Assembly (NCBI GenBank): GCA_963663865.1
Contig: OY760686.1
Coordinates: 1,728,001-1,792,000 of the forward strand
Length of the DNA: 64,000 nucleotides
From: Spirochaetota bacterium
Lineage (GTDB): Bacteria > Spirochaetota > UBA4802 > UBA5550
Reading direction: 5' to 3'
Shown: positions 37,323 to 47,157 of the stretch, one piece after another
Layout of the letters: every line of letters starts with the position of its first letter
Position numbering within the stretch: position 1 is the stretch's first letter
The notes under the pieces: generated by a model
The model's database searches: none
Seen by the model: only the letters and a program-made list of their open reading frames with translations
Told to the model about the DNA's origin: nothing
Made by a program: the position numbers and the translations under genes

Positions 37323-38231
37323 ATGAAATTCAAATCTGAAAAGCTCAAAAACTTCCAGATACCGGAATTGTCTCAGATGCTGGACAGCGAGCTGTCGGAG
37401 ATAGAGATCGGCGATGTTCTCGGGAATATAGCGCGTACCCGAAGGAACAGCTTCCTGGGCAGGTTCAGCAAATCAGACCTCTTCGAAATACTCAAAGAGG
37501 CAGGCGTTCTTGATGAGCTGAGAAAGGACGGATTTGAAGATTTCAGCATTGCTGTAGAAATTGATGATACCATGGTGAGCTACATGAAGCTCTACTCCGG
37601 TGGAGAGTCGCCGGCAAATCTTCTCATTGACCTTCGTTTGACTGAAAACAAGTTCATTCCGGAAAAGAGGTATTTCCCGCTCGATTTTGAGATTCCTACA
37701 TACGATATGATATTCATAGAATGGCTTTCGCTGCAGAACCCCCGGAAGGGGTTCGCCGGAAATAAGCCGCAGCTTCCCGGACAGATGAAACCCGGACTCG
37801 GGCTTTTGAAAAACTGTTTTAATATGATGTACATAGTGGGAAAGGAGATCACAAAGGACGGGTTCATGGATATCCCTGACCACTTTCACGGCGCGGTGAT
37901 GTATTCCAGGAAGTTCAAGTTCTTCAACCCGGCCCAGGAGGGAATCCTGCATGCCATGCTTCGCGATTTAAGAAAGTATTCATTTTACGATATCACCTGG
38001 GGCATGCTGACTGAAACGGTTATTGATACCTATAAAAACAAGCCTCAAAAGTATGAGCCGTCCGAGCAGATTTTCCAGGTTTCACCCCGAATGAAAAAGT
38101 ACTACACATCGATTGCTTATAAAACCGTTTATCTTCGCTACTATCACAGAAAGAAGTTCAAACTGGACTACGATGAAATGGTAAAGAGGCGGGGGGAGAT
38201 TCTCAAGTCAAGGAGTATTGAGGAGCTTTAA
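37323..38231 (+). CDS. Hypothetical protein
   Basis: 302-aa ORF with IEWLSLQNP, LPGQMKPGLG and PDHFHGAVMY motifs. No confident family. Confidence 0.75.
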   Translation: MKFKSEKLKNFQIPELSQMLDSELSEIEIGDVLGNIARTRRNSFLGRFSKSDLFEILKEAGVLDELRKDGFEDFSIAVEIDDTMVSYMKLYSGGESPANLLIDLRLTENKFIPEKRYFPLDFEIPTYDMIFIEWLSLQNPRKGFAGNKPQLPGQMKPGLGLLKNCFNMMYIVGKEITKDGFMDIPDHFHGAVMYSRKFKFFNPAQEGILHAMLRDLRKYSFYDITWGMLTETVIDTYKNKPQKYEPSEQIFQVSPRMKKYYTSIAYKTVYLRYYHRKKFKLDYDEMVKRRGEILKSRSIEEL

Positions 38232-38695
38232 TCTTCATGAGCCCCTGATTGAAGCTCTCTGAGCACCCGTCTTGTCGATTCAATATCCTCAATGTCTTCG
38301 CTGATGTTTTCAAGCTGCGCGGATAGCGCCTTCAACAGTTCAGAGCGGGTTTCGTTCATTTCGGTGCATGCACTGTGACATAGGTTTGAAGCGGCCGATA
38401 AGTCTGTGAAGAAAACTTCAGTGGATGAGGCAATGAGATCATCAAGGTCCTTTCTGCTCAGCCCTGTTACTGCGGAAAGCCTGTCAAAGCTCTCCGCGAT
38501 GGCAAAAGTGACGGCATCAACCTCGGACATAAGGCCTGATGCCATGTCTATTGTTTCAAGAAGGATGTCGGTATCTGCGCTGCATGAGCTTCGCAGCAAG
38601 CTGGAATCAAGCTGAGTTATTCTTCTGTAAAGGGCGGCTCTTTCGTCGAGAAGACGGGTGAGTGAGGTAAGCAGCTCACGGACATCATCCCTCAA
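38228..38695 (-). CDS. FlgN/FliT-like helical flagellar chaperone
   Basis: All helical, TTG start overlapping the fliS 3' end. ORF track extends to 38839. Confidence 0.55.
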   Translation of the reverse strand: MRDDVRELLTSLTRLLDERAALYRRITQLDSSLLRSSCSADTDILLETIDMASGLMSEVDAVTFAIAESFDRLSAVTGLSRKDLDDLIASSTEVFFTDLSAASNLCHSACTEMNETRSELLKALSAQLENISEDIEDIESTRRVLRELQSGAHED

Positions 38696-39122
38696 CGCTG
38701 AAACTGCCCTTGGACGCGCTTCCCGTCTGGTCGGACCTGGCTTCATTGGCAGAAATCTTATCCCATGCGTCTCTGAGCGTCTTGAGATTGTCGAGAACAG
38801 GCTTGAGCAATTCCCTGTCCTTTTTAATGTTGGCCTCAAGCAACTGTTTCTTGAAATAGAGGTACAGGTTAAACAGGTTGCCGGATATCTCCCCGCCTTC
38901 TTTCATGTTGAGTGAAAGTAGCAGTTCGGTGATGATGTCCTGGGCTTTGATAATGTTTGTGTTCGCTACATCGTATGTTTTTGCGCTGTCCAGGTTTTCC
39001 ATGGCAATGTTAAGGAATTTTATTGCGCCATCGTAGAGCATAACGATGAGTTTACCCTGATTGGCGGTTGCAATTTTTGTTTCTTTGTACTGGTTAAAAG
39101 GATTATTCCCCGTCAGGGCCAT
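38685..39122 (-). CDS. fliS: Flagellar export chaperone FliS
   Basis: TANQGKLIVMLYDGAI, KAQDIITEL, GGEISGNL..LY, LRDAW. Confidence 0.96.
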   Translation of the reverse strand: MALTGNNPFNQYKETKIATANQGKLIVMLYDGAIKFLNIAMENLDSAKTYDVANTNIIKAQDIITELLLSLNMKEGGEISGNLFNLYLYFKKQLLEANIKKDRELLKPVLDNLKTLRDAWDKISANEARSDQTGSASKGSFSVEG

Positions 39123-39170
39123 ATAACGATCTCCTGGATTGAATGAGTATTCTCAGTTAATATAACAATA

Positions 39171-39198
39171 TTATCGTATATATTGTCAGGCTACTTTA
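39171..39198 (-). promoter_or_regulatory. sigma28-like promoter of fliS
   Basis: TAAA-N16-TACGATAA on the minus strand, upstream of a late flagellar gene. Confidence 0.5.
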
Positions 39199-39204
39199 CC
39201 TATT

Positions 39205-39236
39205 TAAACCGGCCGCTGCGGCAAATGCGGCCGGCT
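39205..39236 (-). terminator. Hairpin after purC
   Basis: CCGGCCGC-N10-GCGGCCGG followed by TTT on the minus strand. Confidence 0.5.
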
Positions 39237-39242
39237 GTAAAA

Positions 39243-40127
39243 TCAGGATCCGATTGACTCAACCCTTTCAAGGATTTCCCTGTACTTCGAAAGGGTTTTC
39301 TCTATTACTTCCTCGGGAAGGGGAGGCGCAGCGGAGTTCTTGTCCCACTCCGTAGAATCCATGTAGTCGCGAATGAACTGTTTGTCGTAGCTGACAGGCG
39401 ATGAACCCGGGCTGTAAGCGGCCTTTTCCCAGAACCGGGAGCTGTCGGGAGTAAGCGCTTCATCTATCAGTATTATCTCGCCGTTTTTTATGCCGAATTC
39501 GAACTTGGTGTCAGCCAGAATAATTCCCAGAGGATCCATTTTGTCTCTCGCGAATTCGTAGAGCTTGAGTGTCAGCTCTTTAATCTGAAGAGCCATATCC
39601 TCCCCGAGATCTTTAATCATATGGTCAATGGATATGTTTTCGTCATGTCCGGAGTCAGCTTTGGTCGCTGGTGTAAAAATTGGGCTTTCGAGCCTGTCAG
39701 CGAGCTTCAAGCCCTCAGGAAGCCTTATTCCGCAGATTGATCCGGTATTCTGGTAGTCCTTCCAGCCTGAGCCGATGATGTAGCCGCGGGCCACGCATTC
39801 AAAGTCAATGCGTCTGGTGAGATGCACCAGTACAGATCTGTCCTGAAGAAGTTCAGGAAAATCGCAGAATGGTTTGGGAAATGATCGGACGTCGGTTTCA
39901 ACAACGTGATTTTTAATGAAATCGATATTTTTAAACCAGACGTTGGATATGCGGTTCAGAATGACGCCCTTGCCCGGTATTCCGTTCGGGAACACGTGAT
40001 CAAAAGCTGATACTCTGTCGGTTGAAACAATTAGAAGATGTTCATCGTCAACTTTGTAAAGGTCGCGGACCTTGCCGCTGTAAAATTTCTCAACACCGGG
40101 AATTTCTATGCTGGTCAGCGCTTTCAT
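39243..40127 (-). CDS. purC: SAICAR synthetase
   Basis: GKVRDLY, DRVSAFD, ECVARGY, DTKFEFG, DEALTPDSSR. Confidence 0.97.
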   Translation of the reverse strand: MKALTSIEIPGVEKFYSGKVRDLYKVDDEHLLIVSTDRVSAFDHVFPNGIPGKGVILNRISNVWFKNIDFIKNHVVETDVRSFPKPFCDFPELLQDRSVLVHLTRRIDFECVARGYIIGSGWKDYQNTGSICGIRLPEGLKLADRLESPIFTPATKADSGHDENISIDHMIKDLGEDMALQIKELTLKLYEFARDKMDPLGIILADTKFEFGIKNGEIILIDEALTPDSSRFWEKAAYSPGSSPVSYDKQFIRDYMDSTEWDKNSAAPPLPEEVIEKTLSKYREILERVESIGS

Positions 40128-40140
40128 GTACTGGCCTCCA

Positions 40141-41583
40141 TTATAATGATTTTAATTTTTCAGCCATGAGGCTGTTTACTATCTGCGGGTTAGCCTTGCC
40201 GCGGCTCTCTTTCATAACCTGTCCGACGAGGAAGCCTATTGCCTTTTTCTTGCCGTTTTTATAGTCCTGAACCGAGGCAGGATTGGCCTCGATTATTTTC
40301 ATGATGAGTTCTTCTATCTCACCGCTGTCGGTTACCTGTTTAAGGCCTTTTTCTTCGACGATGGAAGGGGCTTTTTTGCCCGTTTCGCACATCTCATTGA
40401 ATACCTGTTTGGCTGTTTTGCCGTTGATTGTGTTGTTGTCGATGAGAATAAGGAGTTCCGCGAGTGAGGCTGCTGAGACGTTAAATTCAGTGACAGCATC
40501 TGCATCAGGGATTCTGGCAAGAAGTTCGCTCAGTATCCAGTTCGCGCTTCTTTTGGGAGCGGCTCCCGCGCTGATACATTCTTCGTAATAATCAGCCAGC
40601 TGTCTTGATGATATGAGGATGTCGGCGTCAGCCTCGGGAAGGGCGTACTGCTCAATAAAGCGTGCTTTTCTTGGTGCCGGCAGCTCCGGAAGTGAAGCAC
40701 GAATCTCCTCTATGAAATCTCCGGTAATTACAACCGGGGGCAGGTCCGGGTCGGGGAAATAGCGGTAATCATGAGCGTTCTCCTTTGAACGCATGCTGTA
40801 CGTTACCATGCTGTCAGCATCCCACAGCCGGGTCTCCTGAACGATATCAGCTTTGCGGTCGGATTCTGCAAGGTCTGTCTGCCGCTCTATTTCGTAGTTG
40901 ATTGCGGATCTTACGGCCTTAAAGGAATTGAGGTTTTTTATTTCAACCTTTTCACCCAGCTTTTCGTCACCGAATTCTCTTATGGAGATGTTGACGTCGC
41001 ATCTGAGGCTGCCTTCCTCCATATTGACGTCGGAGACACCGATGTACTTCATTGTGGTCTTGAGGCTCTGCAGATATTCATAGGCCTCGTCGGCCGATCT
41101 CATGTCGGGTTCGGAAACTATCTCAGCAAGGGGAACCCCGGCCCTGTTCAGGTCAACGTAGGATTCGTTTCGGCCGGCAATCTCGGAGTGAATAAGCTTT
41201 CCCGCGTCCTCTTCGAGGTGAATTCTTGTCAGAGCGATTTGTCTGGATCCATCTTTTGTGGAAATATCAACATGGCCTCCCTCGCAGACCGGCCTGTCGT
41301 ATTGTGAAATCTGATAGGCTTTGGGCAGGTCGGGATAGAAGTAGTTCTTGCGGTCAAACTTGCTGTATTCTGCTATTTTAGAGTTGAGCGCTAGTCCGGC
41401 AAGAACAATCTTTTTCAGAGCATCTCTGTTCAGCACAGGAAGTACGCCGGGTTGCCCCTGGCAGACGGGGCATGTATGGGTGTTAGGTTCGCCGCCGAAT
41501 GTTGTAGGGCATGAACAGAATATCTTTGACGCTGTATTGAGCTGAACATGGACCTCGAGGCCTATAACAGATTCATATTTCAT
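40141..41583 (-). CDS. gatB: Asp/Glu-tRNA amidotransferase subunit B
   Basis: IGLEVHVQL, RKNYFYPDLPK, EEDAGK, DYRYFPDPDL. Confidence 0.98.
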   Translation of the reverse strand: MKYESVIGLEVHVQLNTASKIFCSCPTTFGGEPNTHTCPVCQGQPGVLPVLNRDALKKIVLAGLALNSKIAEYSKFDRKNYFYPDLPKAYQISQYDRPVCEGGHVDISTKDGSRQIALTRIHLEEDAGKLIHSEIAGRNESYVDLNRAGVPLAEIVSEPDMRSADEAYEYLQSLKTTMKYIGVSDVNMEEGSLRCDVNISIREFGDEKLGEKVEIKNLNSFKAVRSAINYEIERQTDLAESDRKADIVQETRLWDADSMVTYSMRSKENAHDYRYFPDPDLPPVVITGDFIEEIRASLPELPAPRKARFIEQYALPEADADILISSRQLADYYEECISAGAAPKRSANWILSELLARIPDADAVTEFNVSAASLAELLILIDNNTINGKTAKQVFNEMCETGKKAPSIVEEKGLKQVTDSGEIEELIMKIIEANPASVQDYKNGKKKAIGFLVGQVMKESRGKANPQIVNSLMAEKLKSL

Positions 41584-41729
41584 TTTTTCCTCGTTTTGTT
41601 GTTGAAAATGCCGGGGCTGCTAAGAGAATAATTCAACAGCGGTGGCCCTTATCTTATTAGGATCAATTTGTTGGCGTTTTTTGTCAACAAAAATGGGCAA
41701 CAGTTGGAATATAACAAATCTATGTCTTT

Positions 41730-42275
41730 TTGGGCTTTTCTGTGAAAAAACAATATCTGTTTAATATACTTGTCGTGTTCGCGGCGCTTCTCGCTGGATT
41801 CGGGGCGGGTTCATTTGTAGGCTCTGAGGGGCTGAAGCTATACCTCTTTCGAAGGGCCGCTCTTCCGTTTTTTTTTCCGGGATATTCATCCACATATCAT
41901 GCGGCAGTAGCCCTGATGAACAGTCCTGACGAACTTCAGAGGCTGTCCGGCTATTACGCTTTGATTCAGCTTGGGACGATTGACGAAGGCCTGCTTCTCA
42001 AACGTCTTTCCGGAGAGTCAAATCCAGCCATAAAACGTTCTATTGTCTGGATTTTAGGGCGAAGCGAGCTCTCAAAGACAGCAGCTAAGACTCTCGCGAG
42101 GATATTTGACGAATCGTCAGCTTCAGTAAGAGAAGAGATTCTGAGAGTTCTGGATAAGCATGACGCGGAAGCGGCTTTGGAGCTGAAAAAGAAGTATAAA
42201 ATTGAGCTCCCTGCAGGGAGAGAGCTGCCATTGTCACCAAATTATTCTTGTCAAAAAAATGCGGCAGCAGATTAG
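41730..42275 (+). CDS. Membrane-anchored HEAT-repeat-like protein
   Basis: N-terminal TM, ESNPAIKRSIVWILG and ESSASVREEILRVL HEAT-like units. Start may be GTG 41742. Confidence 0.6.
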   Translation: MGFSVKKQYLFNILVVFAALLAGFGAGSFVGSEGLKLYLFRRAALPFFFPGYSSTYHAAVALMNSPDELQRLSGYYALIQLGTIDEGLLLKRLSGESNPAIKRSIVWILGRSELSKTAAKTLARIFDESSASVREEILRVLDKHDAEAALELKKKYKIELPAGRELPLSPNYSCQKNAAAD

Positions 42276-42313
42276 TTCTGTAAGCTGTCACTGTCTATAA
42301 GCGAGGAGTCTGT

Positions 42314-43564
42314 ATGGATTACACAAAATATATTGATGAAGTTTGCTTGGGAGCAAAAAAGGCGTCGCGTGCGGCCGCCTCGATGTCTATCAGCAGAAAA
42401 ATAGAGCTTCTGAAGAATATGGCAGACCGCCTGGAGAAGAATTCCGGACAGGTCGTGAAGGAAAACCTTAAGGACCTTGAAAAGGCTGAAAAGAACGGTC
42501 TTTCCGCAGCCATGGTTGACCGCCTGAGGCTGACACCGGAAAGAATATCCGGTATGGCGGCGTCAATCAGAGAGATTGCGGCACAGGATGACCCGGTCGG
42601 CAGAATTGAGGGGATGACTGTAAGGCCTTCAGGAATACGCGTTGGCCGCATGAGGGTCCCAGTCGGTGTTGTGGCTGTAATATACGAGTCGCGTCCCAAT
42701 GTAACTACCGATATTGCAGCATTGTGTATCAAAAGCGGAAACGCCGCTATTCTTCGCGGCGGGAAGGAGGCGATTCATACCAATACCGCGCTCTACAGCG
42801 TAATATCTGAATCCCTTAAGGAGGATGGAGCTGATACGGGAACGGTTGTGCTGATTACCAAAACAGACCGCGAGCTGCTGACATCTCTCTTAAAACGCAG
42901 CGATTCAATAGACATTGTAATACCCAGAGGCGGACCCGGATTGATTCAGCACGTCACTGAAGAGTCAACGATTCCGGTGATTAAGCATGATAAGGGCCTC
43001 TGTTCGGTATTCGTTGATTCTTCTGCCTCTCCGGAGATGGCAGAGAAGATCGCTGTAAACTCCAAGGCTCAGAGGCCCGGTGTTTGCAATGCTGCTGAAA
43101 CGCTGCTTGTTCACCGGGAATACAGTGAGAAGGCCTCTCTTTTTCAGGCTCTGATCAGCAAAGGTGTCGAACTGAGGGGATGCGCAGAAGCCTGCTCTGT
43201 GCTTCCGGGAAGTATTAAAGAGGCATCGCCGGAGGATTACGATACTGAGTTTCTGGGCCTTGTGATGGCTGTCAGGGTTGTGGGCGGGATTGATGAGGCC
43301 ATGGATCATATCGCGAATCACGGTTCGGGACACTCAGAGGCCATCGTAACAGAAAACTATTCCGCGGCAGAGCGTTTTCTCCGGGAAGTTGATTCCGCGG
43401 CTGTGTTTGTAAATGCGTCGACCCGTTTTCACGACGGAGGTGAGTTCGGCCTTGGCGCTGAGGTGGGAATCTCAACGCAGAAGCTCCATGCCAGAGGAGC
43501 CATGGGGGCTGAGGGGCTGACTACTCTGAAGTATGTCGTCTACGGAAACGGTGAGGTCAGATAG
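42314..43564 (+). CDS. proA: Gamma-glutamyl phosphate reductase
   Basis: IYESRPNVT, IPRGG, VCNAAET, NASTRFHDG, STQKLHARG. Confidence 0.97.
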   Translation: MDYTKYIDEVCLGAKKASRAAASMSISRKIELLKNMADRLEKNSGQVVKENLKDLEKAEKNGLSAAMVDRLRLTPERISGMAASIREIAAQDDPVGRIEGMTVRPSGIRVGRMRVPVGVVAVIYESRPNVTTDIAALCIKSGNAAILRGGKEAIHTNTALYSVISESLKEDGADTGTVVLITKTDRELLTSLLKRSDSIDIVIPRGGPGLIQHVTEESTIPVIKHDKGLCSVFVDSSASPEMAEKIAVNSKAQRPGVCNAAETLLVHREYSEKASLFQALISKGVELRGCAEACSVLPGSIKEASPEDYDTEFLGLVMAVRVVGGIDEAMDHIANHGSGHSEAIVTENYSAAERFLREVDSAAVFVNASTRFHDGGEFGLGAEVGISTQKLHARGAMGAEGLTTLKYVVYGNGEVR

Positions 43565-43567
43565 AGA

Positions 43568-44152
43568 TTGAAACTGGGATTTATCGGAGGCACATTCAAC
43601 CCGGTACATCGCGGGCACATTGATAATGCCGCTGCGGCCTTCCGGCAGCTTTCGCTTGACCGCTTGATATTTATTCCTGCCTCCAGGCCTGTTCACAAGC
43701 AGGTGCCTGTTGGTGCCGATCCGGAAGACAGGTTTAGAATGCTTGAACTTGCGGTCGGGGGCGTTCAGGGTTTTGAAGTCTCCAGGATCGAGCTGGATCG
43801 CTCGAGCAGCTCATATACAGTCTATACGGTTGAACAGCTCCGCTCGCTTTATCCTGATGCCGATCTTTACATGATAGTTGGAGCTGATTCGTTTAATCAG
43901 CTTGACTCCTGGAAGGACTATAGCAGAATTATTAAGCTTGTTACGCCGGTAGTGATGAGAAGAAGGGGAGATTTCTCCCTTCGAGGTGATATATTAAGTC
44001 AGGCTCCGGGAACAGTGGTTCTCGAAAACGATTTTATTGATATCAGCTCAACTGATGTACGCAAGAGAATAAGGTCCGGTGAACCGATGGAAGCTTATTT
44101 GCCGGAGAGCGTTATACAATACATAAAGAGCAAGGGGCTTTACCTCAGGTGA
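43568..44152 (+). CDS. nadD: Nicotinate-nucleotide adenylyltransferase
   Basis: GGTFNPVHRGH, SYT, GAD, ISSTDVR. Confidence 0.96.
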   Translation: MKLGFIGGTFNPVHRGHIDNAAAAFRQLSLDRLIFIPASRPVHKQVPVGADPEDRFRMLELAVGGVQGFEVSRIELDRSSSSYTVYTVEQLRSLYPDADLYMIVGADSFNQLDSWKDYSRIIKLVTPVVMRRRGDFSLRGDILSQAPGTVVLENDFIDISSTDVRKRIRSGEPMEAYLPESVIQYIKSKGLYLR

Positions 44153-45267
44153 AAAAGAGACTGATGATTATAGCGGCAGTTACGGCCGCGCTTATGACAA
44201 CTTTTTTTACAGTACATTTTTACAAGATCAGCACGAGAAACGCGGTTGAAAAGCTTGCCGCGGAAAAAAAACTGATCAATCTGCTTATAGCCGGAACAAA
44301 CGGGAGCGATTCAAAGAGGTGCAGCTTTTTCGCGATCCTGTCAATTAATCCGGAAAACAACAATATCGGAATTACATTTCTCCCGCCATCCTACAGAATA
44401 GCTCCTGACGGGAATGCAGAGGGCGCTGTACCCGTCAGCAGCATTGAAAGCTCGGATTTTGATGATTTAAGAAAAACCATATACAGAGATCTCAAGCTGG
44501 ATGTTCCATTTTTTATAACAATGACTCCTGCTGTAACAGCAAGATTTATCGATCTGATTGGGGGAATAGATATCTTTGTCCTGGATCAAGTCGAGAATAT
44601 GGACGGTGTTAGGACTGGCCTGAATTACTTCGATGGAGACAAAACGGTCTCTTATATTAACAATGCTGTAAACAATTCAATATATATAAAATATGACAGA
44701 ATTCAGGACGTTCTTATGACCCTTTATCAAAAAAGGACAGAGCTTGAGCTATTCAGGAATTACAGCTTTGTATCGGAAGCGATGAAGGGAGTGAAGACAA
44801 ACATACTTCCGCAGGAAGCCCTTTCTATGCTGGAGTTTGTCTTTAATGAAGGAAATCTGATTTGCGGCATTGTACCTGGAGGATTCAGGGACGGTCTATA
44901 CGTAGTTGACGATATTTCATACAGGCTTTTTGAAAGCGAGTTCATGAGCGGGCTTGTTCTGGGAAAGGAGTCCGATTCGCCGATTAAAGTCAAGATATTA
45001 AACGGTACCAGCATATCGGGCCTTGCCCGCAGGATGAGAAACTATCTTAACAGGGACGGTTTGAATGTTGTCGAGTTCAGCACATCGCCATACAGCTCGG
45101 TTAAAAAATCCGTCATTATAAGCAGGAAAGGCGATATCAGATCAATACGAAGGGTGTCGGAGTTGACCGGCATATCAAAAGTTCATTATATTATAGACAA
45201 TACCCAGCTTAACAATGTGCTGGTAATAATTGGAGATGACATTGCGGACACAACAGGACATAGATAA
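44149..45267 (+). CDS. LCP family protein with LytR C-terminal domain
   Basis: N-terminal TM, FIDLIGGI, VKILNGTSISGLA, VIIGDD. Canonical nadD-rsfS context. Confidence 0.85.
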   Translation: MKKRLMIIAAVTAALMTTFFTVHFYKISTRNAVEKLAAEKKLINLLIAGTNGSDSKRCSFFAILSINPENNNIGITFLPPSYRIAPDGNAEGAVPVSSIESSDFDDLRKTIYRDLKLDVPFFITMTPAVTARFIDLIGGIDIFVLDQVENMDGVRTGLNYFDGDKTVSYINNAVNNSIYIKYDRIQDVLMTLYQKRTELELFRNYSFVSEAMKGVKTNILPQEALSMLEFVFNEGNLICGIVPGGFRDGLYVVDDISYRLFESEFMSGLVLGKESDSPIKVKILNGTSISGLARRMRNYLNRDGLNVVEFSTSPYSSVKKSVIISRKGDIRSIRRVSELTGISKVHYIIDNTQLNNVLVIIGDDIADTTGHR

Positions 45268-45637
45268 CAGAGATATTAACGGCATTACAACAATTACAAT
45301 CACCGACATCGCTGAAGATACAGAAAGGCTTCTTGAGGATAATAAAGCTGTAGAAACAAAGCTTCTCGATATAAGAATGTTTAACAGCCTGTTTGATTAC
45401 TTTATCGTGACAACCGGGTCTTCAAGGGTACACTGCAGAGCGTTGGCTCGCGAGGTAAGGGAATACCTTTACAGCATGGGTCTCAGGGAAGCTATGAGGC
45501 CTGACATGGATTCCGAGTGGATCATTGTGGACTTTAACGACATTGTAGTTCATATCTTCACAGAAGAAACAAGAAACTATTATCAGCTTGAGAAGCTGTG
45601 GACGGCTCACTCAAACACAGGGCCGGTCAGCCGCTGA
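45230..45637 (+). CDS. rsfS: Ribosome silencing factor
   Basis: DYFIVTTGSS..H, WIIVDFNDIVVHIF..R.YY.LEKLW. Start uncertain. Confidence 0.92.
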   Translation: MEMTLRTQQDIDNRDINGITTITITDIAEDTERLLEDNKAVETKLLDIRMFNSLFDYFIVTTGSSRVHCRALAREVREYLYSMGLREAMRPDMDSEWIIVDFNDIVVHIFTEETRNYYQLEKLWTAHSNTGPVSR

Positions 45638-45665
45638 CGGTTGCCGGGCCCTGAATCCGAATATT

Positions 45666-46820
45666 TTACTCCTTTCTTTCTCCAACGGTTACCCACAGGT
45701 TTATCCTGGACTTGTTTCTCCAGACAACGAGCTTGACGGTTTTACCGATTTTGCTTTTGCTTATTGTTGATACAAGATCTGAAAATTCGCTGATTTTTGT
45801 GTCGTCTACCTGGAGAATCACATCTTTAACCTGCACACCGGCTTTATCTGCCGGACCGTCAGGGTCAACTGAACCGACAAGAGCCCCTTCGTTTTTCTTG
45901 AGGCCAAGCTCTTTGGCAAATTCTTCAGTTAATGGCGATATCTGAACGCCAATAAAGCCGCGTTTTATTTTACCGTGTTTCTTGAGCTCAAGAAGGCTTT
46001 GCTTAACATTGTTAATCGGTATAGAAAAGCCTATCCCGATACTTCCGCCGCTCTGAGAGTAAATGGCCCTGTTAACCCCTATGACCTCTCCGTCAATATT
46101 GATAAGCGGTCCGCCGGAGTTGCCCTGGTTGATGGACGCGTCAGTCTGAATATGGGAATTGCCGAGACTGTCGACCTTCTTCCTGCCGGTAGCGCTGACA
46201 ATGCCCGAAGTAAATGTTTTATCAAGGCCGAATGGGTTGCCAATGGCAACAACCATGTCTCCTATCTGAACGTCATCCGAATTGCCAAGGTGAACGGGCT
46301 TGAATTTTTTTCCGCTTTCGATTTTCAGAAGAGCTATGTCGAGCATGCTGTCTGTTCCAATAACCTTTGCTTTATAGTCTTCATCATTGACTGTTACTGT
46401 CGCGGAATCAACTTTATCTACTACGTGGGCGTTTGTGCAGACATATCCGTCGCTGCTTACAATGAAACCCGTTCCAAGGCCCCGCTGTTTTTTTGTTTTA
46501 GGCGTCTTTGGAGTATTGCCGAAGAACTGTCTAAAAAAAGGATCGTCCGCGAAGGGGTTTGAGTATCTGACTTTGACCGTTTTCTCGGTGCTGATGAATA
46601 CCACTGAATCCTTATATTCATTGTAGATGTCGCGGTAAGCCTGCTGCACCTGATAGACGGTCTTTTGTCCGCTTTCTCCTTTTATGGGAGAGGGTTTGTA
46701 CGCGTCGTCTAAAAAGGTTCCTCCGGCAAAGAGCATGCAGGAAGTTAAAAGTAAAGAAATTGATACAGCTGAAGCAGTTAACAGGTTTTGCGTTTTTAGA
46801 AAATTTTTCTTAAAAAGCAT
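45666..46820 (-). CDS. degP: DegP/HtrA serine protease with one PDZ domain
   Basis: TNAHV, DIALL, QTDASINQGNSGG, PDZ. Confidence 0.92.
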   Translation of the reverse strand: MLFKKNFLKTQNLLTASAVSISLLLTSCMLFAGGTFLDDAYKPSPIKGESGQKTVYQVQQAYRDIYNEYKDSVVFISTEKTVKVRYSNPFADDPFFRQFFGNTPKTPKTKKQRGLGTGFIVSSDGYVCTNAHVVDKVDSATVTVNDEDYKAKVIGTDSMLDIALLKIESGKKFKPVHLGNSDDVQIGDMVVAIGNPFGLDKTFTSGIVSATGRKKVDSLGNSHIQTDASINQGNSGGPLINIDGEVIGVNRAIYSQSGGSIGIGFSIPINNVKQSLLELKKHGKIKRGFIGVQISPLTEEFAKELGLKKNEGALVGSVDPDGPADKAGVQVKDVILQVDDTKISEFSDLVSTISKSKIGKTVKLVVWRNKSRINLWVTVGERKE

Positions 46821-46866
46821 TTGATTTACCTCTGTTTAGTGATATAATAGCTTTAACAGGTTTTGA

Positions 46867-46959
46867 GCCTTATCTGGACGCACAAAAGATGGGGCATCAA
46901 AGATGTTTCGTTGTTACGTTTTTTTAAAGCTTTCATCGAAATATTGTTCCAGACAAGGC
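46867..46959. repeat. 93-bp element with 12-bp imperfect terminal inverted repeats
   Basis: GCCTTATCTGGA / TCCAGACAAGGC (one mismatch). Confidence 0.45.
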
Positions 46960-47157
46960 AGACGGCCTTCTTGTCTTTTGCCGTCGTCTCCCGGTAATGG
47001 GCCTGGATATATAACTTTGATATTTTGAGTCTTGGTTTGTTACAAACTTTTCATTTTCTCTTTATATAATATTTATAATTCTCTGGTTATTCTTCCTTTG
47101 TACAAAACATTAAGCGCGTTAGTTATTCGCGCAGTTAAATAATGGAGGAACAAAAAG

